Positions 17,022-26,652 of a stretch of DNA of 60,962 bases are shown here, piece by piece. The number at the start of each line of letters is the position of its first letter. Position 1 is the stretch's first letter. The DNA lies in contig JAHJDF010000092.1 of assembly GCA_018812595.1 (NCBI GenBank), forward strand, positions 1 through 60,962, read 5' to 3'. The translations under genes were made by a program, and so were the position numbers. Under the pieces are notes generated by a model. The model had not been told where the DNA came from and did not search any database. It saw only the letters and a program-made list of their open reading frames with translations. Origin of the DNA: Gammaproteobacteria bacterium. Lineage in GTDB: Bacteria; Pseudomonadota; Gammaproteobacteria; UBA12402.

Positions 17022-19388
17022 CTACAGATCTTCAAATAAATTACTTAAATCATCATTTCCTTTCATGGTTTCAAGAGAAGCTGACAGCTCACCAATCCAT
17101 TTCACAATCGCATCAACATCCGGCGGCTCTTGAATAGCAGGGGGATAATCTGTCACTGTTTGCATGTCTTTTAATAACTCTTTAGCAAGATTAGACGCCT
17201 GTTTTTCTGTTTTTCCGCACAAACGTTCAGAAAATTCTATCTTTTGGCCACACAAAGACTTCTTTAATAGAATTTCAGAAAACGCCGGCAGTTCGTCAGC
17301 AGAAACAATTTGTTTTGTCACATCCGTTAAATTCACTTTAGTAAATACATTCAATCGGCCTTCCGCCCGAGCCTCTTCTTCAACCTCTGCCTCTAAAGAC
17401 AAGTTTGCATCTTTGTTATGGTAAGCCAATAAAGTCGCAACCCCCCTCTCAATAAAAGTTTCCGCTTTATCGTTTTTAAGAGTGTCTGCAATAAACGAAA
17501 GATTTGTATTCGCTTCCGGTTCTTTATAAACAAAATCTTTAGCTCTCATTAACTGCGTGAAAGTATCAATGCGCCGTGCAAAAGCTAATAACTGTTTATC
17601 AGAAGGGCTCTGAACCCGCATAAAAATGTTTAAACGCATTTTCGAAACAGGTTTTGGATTTGCATAGAAAGTACGAGCCCGAACAATAGTAGATCTAAAG
17701 AATATGTGTGCATCGCCTTGCACCTGATCTTTTAAATCCAATAAGCTAATTCGTTGTCTTTTTTCCATAGAAGCGCTTAAAGCGTCGCCATAAAAATTCA
17801 ATACACCATTAGGATTTATACGGAATGAATCTACTTTCGCAACATAGGCTTCTGATGCTGTTTTATTGAAGAACTCCCAAGTTTCCATCGGGTCTTCCAA
17901 TTTCATTGCGATCTTAATATTCGTATTAGCGCCAATAGATGCAGCCTCTTCCTTCGAAACTTTTTGGAAAGCCGGAAGATCTTGGCCAGCAAAAACAACA
18001 GAAAAACCGAGAGAACGTGCTTGAGCAGGGACAACAGCAAAGCCTTGAACAGCGTAGTAACCGTACTCGTCTAAAATACATAAAAAGGGATTCGGTGCAT
18101 TAGTCGGCTTTCTTAAAATAATATCCTTATATGCACCTTCAACCTCTTCACCAAGACCTGAAGCCATCATCACTCGTAACGAAGCAATAATGATTTTTCC
18201 TAAATTCGATAATTCAACTGGCGATTTTTCTAGCGCGGGCAACAGCACCACTAAGATACGTCTATTCAACACAACATCTTTTAAATCCACTTCCGCTAAA
18301 TTCGTCCTCAAGATATGGCCATACGTATCCGCTAACGACGTAAAAACACGGGTTAACTGCATCGTAATAAAGCCATGTTGTTCTAACACTTGAGAAACTT
18401 GCTTGCCCTTACGCGAGCGATCATATCCAGGCAGGTTAATGACGTAGTTGTATAAAGGTTCCAAAATCACAGGATCTGCATCGGCTAAACTGACAGGCTC
18501 ATCATTATCGCGAGGAAACATCTTATCCAAGACCATGCTTTCTAAACGCTCTAAGAGAAAATAATTTCGAATAGTGTTTGCATCTAACAAAATAATGCCT
18601 TGATCTCGCGCATACACTAAAGTCTTCATCAACGCTTCTACAAAAGAAATCGCACGCCCCTTCCACATATCACCGTCAGGCGTATGACTTGCGGAATCCA
18701 TCATGCTCACAACCAACTGAGATAACATGCTGGATGAACCACGAGCAAATGGATTCATTGTGTTTGATAAACGATGCGGCTGCGGGCCAACAATATCTCT
18801 AGCACCGGTCATGTAGTTAATAACCAGCACGTCATCCTCTCTACCTACGGCACGAGCCATTGAAAAAATCTTGGAAAATAGTGTGTTATCGCCTTTTCCA
18901 TCCACATAGATAAACCCACTGCCTTGAATCAAAGCATTGAATGCTAAGGATATTAAAAATTCTGTTTTTCCACTTCCGGTTGAACCAAAGATCAAAGTAT
19001 GTGTTCGCATGTCTTCATTGCTGAACCACAACTCCTCATTAGTATCCAGCTCATTGCCATAAAAATAGATGCCTCTTGCCTGCCGTGGCTGACTCGTTCC
19101 GGGAGCCAAATCATTGTAATCAGGAAGATGAGAAGTTTCGGGCAATCGAAAAGGAAGTTTAGATTTGCGATTCATACAATACCAAAAAATGATAATACAA
19201 ATCACAAACAGGAAATCAGAAAACGCCATAAAAACAGGCATAAAACTCGCGATCGCTGCGGCCAATATCACGAGTGCTCCGTTGCGGGGTTCCTTATAAA
19301 AATCCGGGATACGTTCCCACATCGTGCGCACATCGCGCAACTGCTTCTTACCTGGCTGTTCCTCTGCTTTTAAAAGACCTCGAACCAT
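17022..19388 (-). CDS. icmO: Dot/Icm type IV coupling protein IcmO/DotL
   Basis: 788 aa. It has two N-terminal TM segments, a Walker A motif (GSTGSGKTE) and a Walker B-like motif (LCILDEYG). Size and position after icmP match DotL. Confidence 0.9.
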   Translation of the reverse strand: MVRGLLKAEEQPGKKQLRDVRTMWERIPDFYKEPRNGALVILAAAIASFMPVFMAFSDFLFVICIIIFWYCMNRKSKLPFRLPETSHLPDYNDLAPGTSQPRQARGIYFYGNELDTNEELWFSNEDMRTHTLIFGSTGSGKTEFLISLAFNALIQGSGFIYVDGKGDNTLFSKIFSMARAVGREDDVLVINYMTGARDIVGPQPHRLSNTMNPFARGSSSMLSQLVVSMMDSASHTPDGDMWKGRAISFVEALMKTLVYARDQGIILLDANTIRNYFLLERLESMVLDKMFPRDNDEPVSLADADPVILEPLYNYVINLPGYDRSRKGKQVSQVLEQHGFITMQLTRVFTSLADTYGHILRTNLAEVDLKDVVLNRRILVVLLPALEKSPVELSNLGKIIIASLRVMMASGLGEEVEGAYKDIILRKPTNAPNPFLCILDEYGYYAVQGFAVVPAQARSLGFSVVFAGQDLPAFQKVSKEEAASIGANTNIKIAMKLEDPMETWEFFNKTASEAYVAKVDSFRINPNGVLNFYGDALSASMEKRQRISLLDLKDQVQGDAHIFFRSTIVRARTFYANPKPVSKMRLNIFMRVQSPSDKQLLAFARRIDTFTQLMRAKDFVYKEPEANTNLSFIADTLKNDKAETFIERGVATLLAYHNKDANLSLEAEVEEEARAEGRLNVFTKVNLTDVTKQIVSADELPAFSEILLKKSLCGQKIEFSERLCGKTEKQASNLAKELLKDMQTVTDYPPAIQEPPDVDAIVKWIGELSASLETMKGNDDLSNLFEDL

Positions 19389-19398
19389 TTTTTATACT

Positions 19399-20520
19399 CT
19401 AATCAGGGGTGTCTGGATTATAAATGATCTCTTTAACGGCTGCTTCCAACCCATTAACGGCTTGATCAACCATCGGGGTTCTAATACGTCTGCCTAATTT
19501 TTTTTCAGCCAACCAATGCGCAAAAGGCCCAGCAACTTCTACAGCAACCGTTTGACGGCCCACCGCATTCAACATAAACCATAAACGACGATCTACTGGT
19601 TTTAGCCACAAAAATTCCGAGCTCGACAACACACCGTCTAATCGAGCCAATTTCAATAAAGAAGCCATCACTGTTAAACAGTACGCATGCTTATCCGTCA
19701 CTTCTTTTACAAAAGGCAGGTTCTCGTATTTTTTAATTCGCTCTTCAGCACCAGAAAAATCCAAACTGCCTGACCTAGATGATTCCGCTATTGATTGTAA
19801 TAAATCCTTTGCTTCTTGCGTGTTATGCGCCGCTTTAGTCACAAAAACTGCAAACAGTGCTTTGGTATACGCATCTAAATCATGAACATTCGTCCATAAC
19901 TTTCCTAACTGCATAGAAAAAACTCTTGATGCCCGATCTCGAATCACAATTGCCTTCGCTTGATTTTGACCCGCTAAAGCAGTTTCCTTAGAAGCCGCTA
20001 CTGTTTTCAACAGATGGTGTTTTTTTGCAAACCGCATAGGAGCCATTGCCATAGCCCATGGGCCCACCTCAATGTCTTCTGAGACCAAATCAACATCCCG
20101 CACAGGAGCCGTTTCAGGCCATAGTTCTAAAATAGAAGCCCGTAATGACTCCATCGTGAGTTTTCTCTTATATCGGCTAGCGCTGCTTCTGAAATACAAC
20201 AAAATTGCAAAAATAATTAATACAAATGCGATGAAATATCGCAGATAAAATGCGACTTGATACGCCACAACAGAGACAGTATGAAAAGGAACAGCTTTTG
20301 GATTTAAAGCAGCATCGGCGATAATTTGTTTGGTTTGAGTGAACGCTTGAGGAACAAAACCACCAATAAAGAATTGCACAAACTCAATTTCATAGCGCTT
20401 GATAAAAAAATAAAAAGAAACAATCTGTGCCCGAGCAACAAACCAAATAATGAACCCGACAACAAATAGTCCAATAATGATCCACACGGGCTCCATTTCA
20501 GTTGTACGTGCTTCAGGCAT
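19399..20520 (-). CDS. icmP: Dot/Icm coupling-complex protein IcmP/DotM
   Basis: 373 aa with N-terminal TM segments, immediately upstream of icmO. Confidence 0.8.
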   Translation of the reverse strand: MPEARTTEMEPVWIIIGLFVVGFIIWFVARAQIVSFYFFIKRYEIEFVQFFIGGFVPQAFTQTKQIIADAALNPKAVPFHTVSVVAYQVAFYLRYFIAFVLIIFAILLYFRSSASRYKRKLTMESLRASILELWPETAPVRDVDLVSEDIEVGPWAMAMAPMRFAKKHHLLKTVAASKETALAGQNQAKAIVIRDRASRVFSMQLGKLWTNVHDLDAYTKALFAVFVTKAAHNTQEAKDLLQSIAESSRSGSLDFSGAEERIKKYENLPFVKEVTDKHAYCLTVMASLLKLARLDGVLSSSEFLWLKPVDRRLWFMLNAVGRQTVAVEVAGPFAHWLAEKKLGRRIRTPMVDQAVNGLEAAVKEIIYNPDTPD

Positions 20521-20692
20521 ATCACCCTCTTAAAAATGCGCTGCAAATAAAAGCGGCGATCATAATAAAATTACCTATATAAGTTAAACATAAATCCCAA
20601 AACCTCCGATTCCTCCTCCTTTTCTTTTAAAGTTCTATAAAAATCCCTATATTGATTGTGAGACGTACTTCATTCTCGTTAATTATTGAATT

Positions 20693-21283
20693 ATGAAAAA
20701 ACAACCGGCATCACAAAACACAATCACAAAAATTTGCGCTTCTTGTAAGGTTCGAAAACCTTTGTCCTCTTTTTTACAAGAGTCCGTTTCTTACATGAAA
20801 ACTTACAGCAATATCTGTAATGACTGCCGCAATAAAAGTGCTTCTTCGTGGGTCAGATATTCTCGCGATACAACACATTCATCCGACGAAAAAGAAAAGC
20901 AATCTTCTTTTGGTTTGGACGCTTTCTATCTAAACGAGCAAGTTCCAAAAGATTATTCTTCTCATGCAAACTCTTATAAAAGTATGCATGAAACCAATTT
21001 TGAATCCCTATTTAAAAAGTCCGTTGCCACTTGGGCAAAAATCATTGCAAAGCAAGAAGACGATGACGACGATGAAGGCGGTGGCGGCACAAGAAAAGTG
21101 AAGAAAAACAGTATAGATTACTACGTATGGCGCTACATGCTTGATGCACAAGTAAATTATTTTATGCACCGAGGTGAGCAAAAAATGCAACACCGCGCGA
21201 ATCTAAACAAACAAAGCAAACTCAAGCAAAACACAAAACAAAAGAAAGCAAACTCTATGGCTCGCAAAGCTTCAAAAATTTAA
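20693..21283 (+). CDS. Hypothetical protein with a CxxC...CxxC zinc-ribbon-like N-terminus, a poly-Asp/Gly tract and a Lys-rich tail
   Basis: 196-aa ORF on the strand opposite to the icm operons, between icmP and icmQ. Motifs are CASC-x22-CNDC, EDDDDDEGGGG and a C-terminal KQSKLKQNTKQKKANSMARKASKI. I recognise no family. Confidence 0.5.
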   Translation: MKKQPASQNTITKICASCKVRKPLSSFLQESVSYMKTYSNICNDCRNKSASSWVRYSRDTTHSSDEKEKQSSFGLDAFYLNEQVPKDYSSHANSYKSMHETNFESLFKKSVATWAKIIAKQEDDDDDEGGGGTRKVKKNSIDYYVWRYMLDAQVNYFMHRGEQKMQHRANLNKQSKLKQNTKQKKANSMARKASKI

Positions 21284-21351
21284 TTGCGGCTATTCGTCGC
21301 CATTCTAGGAATATTCGTTTTTTACTTGGCCTGACAACACACCAGATATAT

Positions 21352-21999
21352 TTATTGCGGCGTTAAGATACCTTGCTCGGTAATAGTGTAGAACTTGCCG
21401 TTACTATAAAACCCTTCGATATTTTCCTTTTTCAAAGCGCCTTGACGCAATCTCAACAATGGATAACCGTGCTGATCATGCAATGTCGCTGTTTCAGAAG
21501 TTTCCATTAAATCATCAGGATCCACCGCGATTTCGATATACCCATGCTGCGTCTGAATCGGTTTTGCTTTGATGAGGCTCTCTATCTGTTCCCGACTCGC
21601 ATAAATAGGCCGATTTACACTGTGTTCAAATAACGCGCTTGGCCGTAATAATTTCTGCCATGTTTGTAGCTGCGCCCCCTGGGCATTAAACAAATAGACA
21701 TAAACAAACGTTTTTTTGTTTTCAGATGCCTCTGCAGGCCGGGCGTCACTAGACATCTGCAGAACTTCAATTTCTTGAAGATACTGATCAAACATTGCAT
21801 GCAATTGAGAGACAACCACATTAAATCGACTGCCTATTTCACATTCAGCACGCAATAGGGTTTCCTGCTCTAAAATATCTTTTAGGATTTCAGTAACGGT
21901 TAAATACGATTCAGGCGTTTCACTTAAATGTTTGATCAGTTCAGTACTCTCAACAATCGATTGACTTAACTTTTCTAGATACCGTTCTTCATCAATCAT
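21352..21999 (-). CDS. icmQ: Dot/Icm protein IcmQ
   Basis: 215 aa. The C-terminal block VNRPIYASREQIESLIKAKP...YIEIAV resembles my recollection of Legionella IcmQ (…RPIYADEQDIISLIKSK…). It lies downstream of icmS. Confidence 0.78.
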   Translation of the reverse strand: MIDEERYLEKLSQSIVESTELIKHLSETPESYLTVTEILKDILEQETLLRAECEIGSRFNVVVSQLHAMFDQYLQEIEVLQMSSDARPAEASENKKTFVYVYLFNAQGAQLQTWQKLLRPSALFEHSVNRPIYASREQIESLIKAKPIQTQHGYIEIAVDPDDLMETSETATLHDQHGYPLLRLRQGALKKENIEGFYSNGKFYTITEQGILTPQ

Positions 22000-22028
22000 G
22001 TGGGAGTTTCCTGCTGTAACATGTGTTC

Positions 22029-22373
22029 TTAGTCATACATCAGCTCATCTAACACCACCATATCTTTGGACGTCGATGAATGAATCAATTCATTCAAAAC
22101 ATCGATAATACAAAGATACCTAACTGTACTTGGAGTCACATCATCAAAAACCACTTTTACACCAAGCATGGAGCCTTCTGATTCATCAAAAGAAACCCCA
22201 ATACCATAGCCTAAACAAAGCGCGCACAACTGATCGGCTCTACGGGCAATGGCTGGCAACAAACCAGTTGGAGAAAAAATTTGTTCTTTTGAAATTTCTT
22301 TATTACGAAGTTGAAATTTCACACCGAAAACAGATGCGATAGAGATAAGTTTTTTTGAAATATCATCGTTCAT
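22029..22373 (-). CDS. icmS: Dot/Icm adaptor/chaperone IcmS
   Basis: 114 aa, the same length as Legionella IcmS. The conserved block is TGLLPAIARRADQLCALCLGYG. Confidence 0.9.
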   Translation of the reverse strand: MNDDISKKLISIASVFGVKFQLRNKEISKEQIFSPTGLLPAIARRADQLCALCLGYGIGVSFDESEGSMLGVKVVFDDVTPSTVRYLCIIDVLNELIHSSTSKDMVVLDELMYD

Positions 22374-22382
22374 AAAGTTTAT

Positions 22383-22634
22383 TTACTCCCACCAAGGGTG
22401 AGCCATTTTTCTAGGCCCTGTTATAAAACCACGCGTTAAACGCAAAAAGACGGGCACAGTAAAACCATATCGCGACAAAAAACTAAAAAACGCGGTTGCA
22501 GCAATAGCAACGGCAAAAGTCCAAAGGCGAATATGCAATAAAAATAAAACCATGGGAAAAACGGCCCATCCGTCTATAAAAAAGAATTGGGGCCGACGAG
22601 CGGAATCCCGCCAATAAGCATTTATTTCACCCAT
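22383..22634 (-). CDS. icmT: Dot/Icm inner-membrane protein IcmT
   Basis: 83 aa. It has the WRDSARRPQFFFID...LFLLHIRLWTF...RYGFTVPVFLR pattern typical of IcmT/TraK-like proteins. Confidence 0.9.
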   Translation of the reverse strand: MGEINAYWRDSARRPQFFFIDGWAVFPMVLFLLHIRLWTFAVAIAATAFFSFLSRYGFTVPVFLRLTRGFITGPRKMAHPWWE

Positions 22635-22839
22635 ATTTGTCCCTCGTAAAACTAACTATGATAAACCACAAACAAACGCGAGCTAATCTAAAACAATTTT
22701 ACAATCAACAATAGAATTTATATTGGCAAAAAGATCTACGAAACTTCTTGTATGCTTTGTGGTTTTTTACATCAACTTGACTTTATTTATGCGACTTGAT
22801 TCAATGAAATCCATTGTTTTTCCTAACAAGAAATACCCT

Positions 22840-23295
22840 ATGAAAATAAGATTATTACTCATTGTTATTGCCAGTTTACTCCTTTGTTCTTGTGCAAATA
22901 AAACTCATGATGACTCTTACACAGCCGCTCTTGCAAATGCAGCAACCTCATCCAGTCAAAGTTTGGTCCGTCTGAAAGCAATAGAACAAGCAGCCAATCC
23001 ACCTCAAAGTGTCGCTGAGCCTCCTGATCCAGCAACCTATGGAATGGCCATGCCTATCACTATTGATTGGAATGGACCGATTAAACCTCTCGTAAAGAAA
23101 ATAGCTACAACAACAAATTATAAGTTACGTGTGCTTGGCACGGCACCAGCGATTCCAATCATCATTTCAATTTCTGCAAAAGATGTCGCAATTGGCGATG
23201 TATTACGTGATGTTGGTTATCAATGCGGCAATCGCGCTCAGGTGGTAGTGTTCCCTTCGACACATACTATTGAGTTACGCTATGCAAAGACTTAG
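22840..23295 (+). CDS. dotD: Dot/Icm outer-membrane lipoprotein DotD
   Basis: Starts at the ATG at 22840 (MKIRLLLIVIASLLLCSCANK) with a lipobox LLCSC. The C-terminal block is ITIDWNGPIKPLVKKIA...LGTAPAIPIIISI...VLRDVGYQ. The track start at 22723 is rejected. Confidence 0.82.
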   Translation: MKIRLLLIVIASLLLCSCANKTHDDSYTAALANAATSSSQSLVRLKAIEQAANPPQSVAEPPDPATYGMAMPITIDWNGPIKPLVKKIATTTNYKLRVLGTAPAIPIIISISAKDVAIGDVLRDVGYQCGNRAQVVVFPSTHTIELRYAKT

Positions 23296-24133
23296 AACTA
23301 TCGAATCAATCATTTCGCGATCACTGCTTCTTTTATTGTGTTTAACAATTGGTTTATTAAGCGGTTGCTCTTCTTCTGTGTCGAAAGAATCTATAGACAC
23401 CGCAAATTTGTCAGATTTACAAAACCTCAATCAAAAAGACACAAGTGCAATACAACCCAAAATCGGGAAAATTCGTCTGGACGCCTTAAAAGAAGTGGCT
23501 ATGACGCTTGGTGCACAAGGGGGGCTGTATAAAAGAGCAACTCAGATCGATAGTTTGCTTGAGATGAATGGTCCAATGCTTGCGCAAGTCTTTAATTTTA
23601 ACGGTATGCTCCTTGATCATGCTGTCTTACCGCCAGTACTTACAGAAAGTATTTCCTCTCTACATTTGGCTGCACCTGATGTTATTCGAGCTTCGGACCG
23701 CACCTATAAAATTGTAAAACAAGCACGATTCGTCACTGCTGCGCCAACATGGCGAGATTATTTATGGATGGATTTCAAAAAACCTGAAATTCCAGATGCG
23801 ACCTTGTTACCTCGAGACAGTAAAGAGAGAGAGGTATGGATTGAATACGTTAACATCGGTTGGAAGAATGGCTTGAATCAAGCGGATAACATCTACGCGA
23901 CAAATCTCGCTACTCTGCAAAGAGACTTCAAAGGCATGATGATTTATGAAGAATTATTAGCACAAAATATGGTAAGTAAGCCTTTTGTTGCAACCGCTAA
24001 CATGGGGGTTACCAGCAACGATAGTCGCACCGAAATGCAAATTAATGTCCGCATCCTTCGTATTACTGCGACCCCACAATTGAATGCCAACTCAAAAGAA
24101 TGGCGCCCTGCGATGGTACAAAACAATGACTAA
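23282..24133 (+). CDS. dotC: Dot/Icm outer-membrane lipoprotein DotC
   Basis: Lipobox LLSGCSSS after a signal peptide. Size (about 283 aa) and position between dotD and dotB match. The ATG at 23282 is preferred over the TTG at 23270. Confidence 0.8.
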   Translation: MQRLRTIESIISRSLLLLLCLTIGLLSGCSSSVSKESIDTANLSDLQNLNQKDTSAIQPKIGKIRLDALKEVAMTLGAQGGLYKRATQIDSLLEMNGPMLAQVFNFNGMLLDHAVLPPVLTESISSLHLAAPDVIRASDRTYKIVKQARFVTAAPTWRDYLWMDFKKPEIPDATLLPRDSKEREVWIEYVNIGWKNGLNQADNIYATNLATLQRDFKGMMIYEELLAQNMVSKPFVATANMGVTSNDSRTEMQINVRILRITATPQLNANSKEWRPAMVQNND

Positions 24134-25277
24134 TGAAGAGCAATGTCTGTTTCAAAATGAACCAGCAAGATTCACTATAGACAGCATTGATGAACTGCTT
24201 ATTTTTGCAGCAAAAGCGAATGCTTCCGACATCACAATTCAAACTGAAGAACAAATATTCGCCGAGATCTATGGACGCCTGCATAAAATCACCAAACGAA
24301 GAATCTCAAACAATGAAGTTGGAGAAATTATCAACGAAATTTATGGTTCAAACGCAACCGCGCAATTGCTGGGCGGACATGATATAGACACACATTACGA
24401 AGTACGCCCCACACGGTCTGAACGATTTCGTTTCCGTATTAATGCCACAAGTTGCCTTGTAGAAGGTCACGATGCCATTCAGATCACAGCAAGAATCATT
24501 CCAAATGAACCCCCAGATCTATCTTCTTTAGATTTGCCGCAAGCCATTCTCGACGCATATGACCCTTCACAAGGGATTGTGTACATCACCGGCGCAACAG
24601 GTTCAGGAAAAAGCACGTTGTTGGCCGCAATCATTAAAGACATTGTTTCTAAAGAAAATGGCAACCGTAAGGTATTAACTTATGAGGCTCCGATTGAATT
24701 TGTTTTTGATAGCGTGCCGAAACCATCTTCTATCGTAAGCCAAATGGAAATTCCAAGACATCTCCCATCCTTTGCCGCGGGGGTACGTAACGCTTTACGT
24801 CGCAAACCTGGGCTGATTCTGGTGGGTGAATCCCGAGACAAAGAAACCATTAATGCCTCTATCGAAGCAGCGCTTACCGGCCATCCTGTTTACACAACTC
24901 TACACAGCACCGGTGTAGCAGAAACGATTCGACGTCTTGTCACCTCGTTTCCATTCGAAGAAAGACACGGAAGATCTATCGATATTCTCGAAACTATTCG
25001 TTTGGTTGTCTGGCAAAAGTTAGTTCCTACTATCGATGGGAAGCGTGTCGCTCTTCGTGAATTTTTAGTTTTTGATGAAAGCATTCGAGATAAATTACTG
25101 AGTAGCGATCTAGAAAATGCAACAAAGAATACGAGGAAGTTGTTGAGACAATATGGCCAAGTCATGGATGTCGACGCGAAAGAAAAATTCGATAAAGGCA
25201 TCATCGATGAAAGAACATACCAATTAGTCTGCGCAACGACTCATAATGCAGACATTGACGCAGGCATCCTTAAATAA
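24126..25277 (+). CDS. dotB: Dot/Icm secretion ATPase DotB (PilT/VirB11-like)
   Basis: 383 aa from the ATG at 24126, overlapping the dotC stop by 8 nt. It has a Walker A motif (GATGSGKST), Asp/His-box-like blocks (LILVGESRD, TGHPVYTTLH) and the PilT-family architecture. Confidence 0.9.
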   Translation: MTNEEQCLFQNEPARFTIDSIDELLIFAAKANASDITIQTEEQIFAEIYGRLHKITKRRISNNEVGEIINEIYGSNATAQLLGGHDIDTHYEVRPTRSERFRFRINATSCLVEGHDAIQITARIIPNEPPDLSSLDLPQAILDAYDPSQGIVYITGATGSGKSTLLAAIIKDIVSKENGNRKVLTYEAPIEFVFDSVPKPSSIVSQMEIPRHLPSFAAGVRNALRRKPGLILVGESRDKETINASIEAALTGHPVYTTLHSTGVAETIRRLVTSFPFEERHGRSIDILETIRLVVWQKLVPTIDGKRVALREFLVFDESIRDKLLSSDLENATKNTRKLLRQYGQVMDVDAKEKFDKGIIDERTYQLVCATTHNADIDAGILK

Positions 25278-25282
25278 GAAAT

Positions 25283-26611
25283 ATGTTAAGAAAACAAAAA
25301 ATACAGATAACCTTTTTAATTACTTTTTTTCTAGTTCTCCCATTTCCTCTCATCATTAATATTTTTTACGCCAAACAATTGTGTTCATTGAGGCTGCTGT
25401 CTTATCTGTTCCTCATTCCTTGCACGCTGTTACTGTTCACCAAACCTGGCAAGGCAATCATCGGGGAAGAAAAACAATCAAAGCAGCATATGGCAATTTG
25501 GCTATTAAAAATTCTCACCATTGAACTTTGTGCCTTTTCTCTATTTGCCATCCAAAATCAATTTTTGTTTACCTCGTTGAACACAGCCCTCAGCGCCCAC
25601 CACATGTCGTGGCAACAATTTATCTCTCCAAGCACTTTACTCTACAGCTGCCTCGCGTGGGCAATCGTCTGTTTCCTAGGTATCGTCATAGCTCAACACA
25701 GCCACGGAAGGAAAACCTATACCCCTTTTACTTTCTTCCTTCCCAGAAAAACACATCGATTCATACAAAACATTAGCCGCACCATCGTGGAATATCTCAT
25801 CAAATTTGCCACAACAGTTTTTCTCACATTAAGCAGCATCTTTTTGCTCTTTCAGCTCGCTTACATCATTCATCCATCTGAACTTTATTTCGTTCCTATA
25901 AACGGAATGATTCTGGCAACAGCACTGGCAATGTTTCCCCGATTAACGAAGATCGATGAACTCATACAAACTATCGAGGGGAAAAACATACGGCAGGGAT
26001 TTCATTATCTAATCATCGGCGTTACTTTTTTTGCTTTTCTATTGCTGTGCGTTCTGGCTACTTTTTTATTGTCAAAAAGCGAATTATCTCTGATGGATTT
26101 TTCTTTTCCGCGTTTTTTTGTAAACCATGTCGACTTAAAAACATGGATTCCTTTATGGCACTGGGGATGGTGGTTATTAAGCGCCCCTTTATTTGGCTCT
26201 ATACTAATCGCTGTTTCTCATGGACGTTCTGTACGAACCTTTATTCTCGCTGTGCTTACTCTCCCTTTGATGTTGTTTATCTACACACTCTTGGCACACC
26301 CAACATTCTTAAACCATGCATTCGCCATACACATAGCTCAAGCGCTAAGCGCCCTTTTTCTTCTTGTTCTATTCGTAAAAAAAACAAGTACAACAATGCT
26401 ATGGACTGGATTCATTCCTTTACATCCCATCAAAAAAGAACGTCGACTACACCCCATGCAAATGTGGCTTCTTTGGTCTTCTCTGACTGGATTATTGCTA
26501 TTAACTAGCTTTATCGGCATTCAATTATTGGTCATCGGATTAGTGCTAGTTTTACTTGTGATCTATCTATTGCAATTAAGCACGTCACTCAAAGCAATGT
26601 TTGTGAAATAA
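25283..26611 (+). CDS. Divergent, short BCCT-family-like transporter
   Basis: 442 aa with about 10-12 TM segments. The block LWHWGWWLLSAPLFGSILIAVSHGRSVRTFILAVL resembles the BCCT signature ([28 protein letters not shown]). Confidence 0.45.
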   Translation: MLRKQKIQITFLITFFLVLPFPLIINIFYAKQLCSLRLLSYLFLIPCTLLLFTKPGKAIIGEEKQSKQHMAIWLLKILTIELCAFSLFAIQNQFLFTSLNTALSAHHMSWQQFISPSTLLYSCLAWAIVCFLGIVIAQHSHGRKTYTPFTFFLPRKTHRFIQNISRTIVEYLIKFATTVFLTLSSIFLLFQLAYIIHPSELYFVPINGMILATALAMFPRLTKIDELIQTIEGKNIRQGFHYLIIGVTFFAFLLLCVLATFLLSKSELSLMDFSFPRFFVNHVDLKTWIPLWHWGWWLLSAPLFGSILIAVSHGRSVRTFILAVLTLPLMLFIYTLLAHPTFLNHAFAIHIAQALSALFLLVLFVKKTSTTMLWTGFIPLHPIKKERRLHPMQMWLLWSSLTGLLLLTSFIGIQLLVIGLVLVLLVIYLLQLSTSLKAMFVK

Positions 26612-26628
26612 ACAGGCTGCGCCACAAT

Positions 26629-26652
26629 CTGGAAAGGGAATCTACTTTCCAG
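26629..26652. terminator. Hairpin between the convergent BCCT-like gene and dotA (possible bidirectional terminator)
   Basis: CTGGAAAG-ggaatcta-CTTTCCAG. It overlaps the dotA stop codon. There is no clear U-tract. Confidence 0.35.

Noticed and set aside
26047-26508. 153-aa alternative-frame ORF inside the BCCT-like gene, and small internal ORFs inside dotA (e.g. 26736-27017, 27209-27457)
   Set aside because: They are nested in longer ORFs that have coherent membrane-protein features, so they are frame-shadow ORFs.
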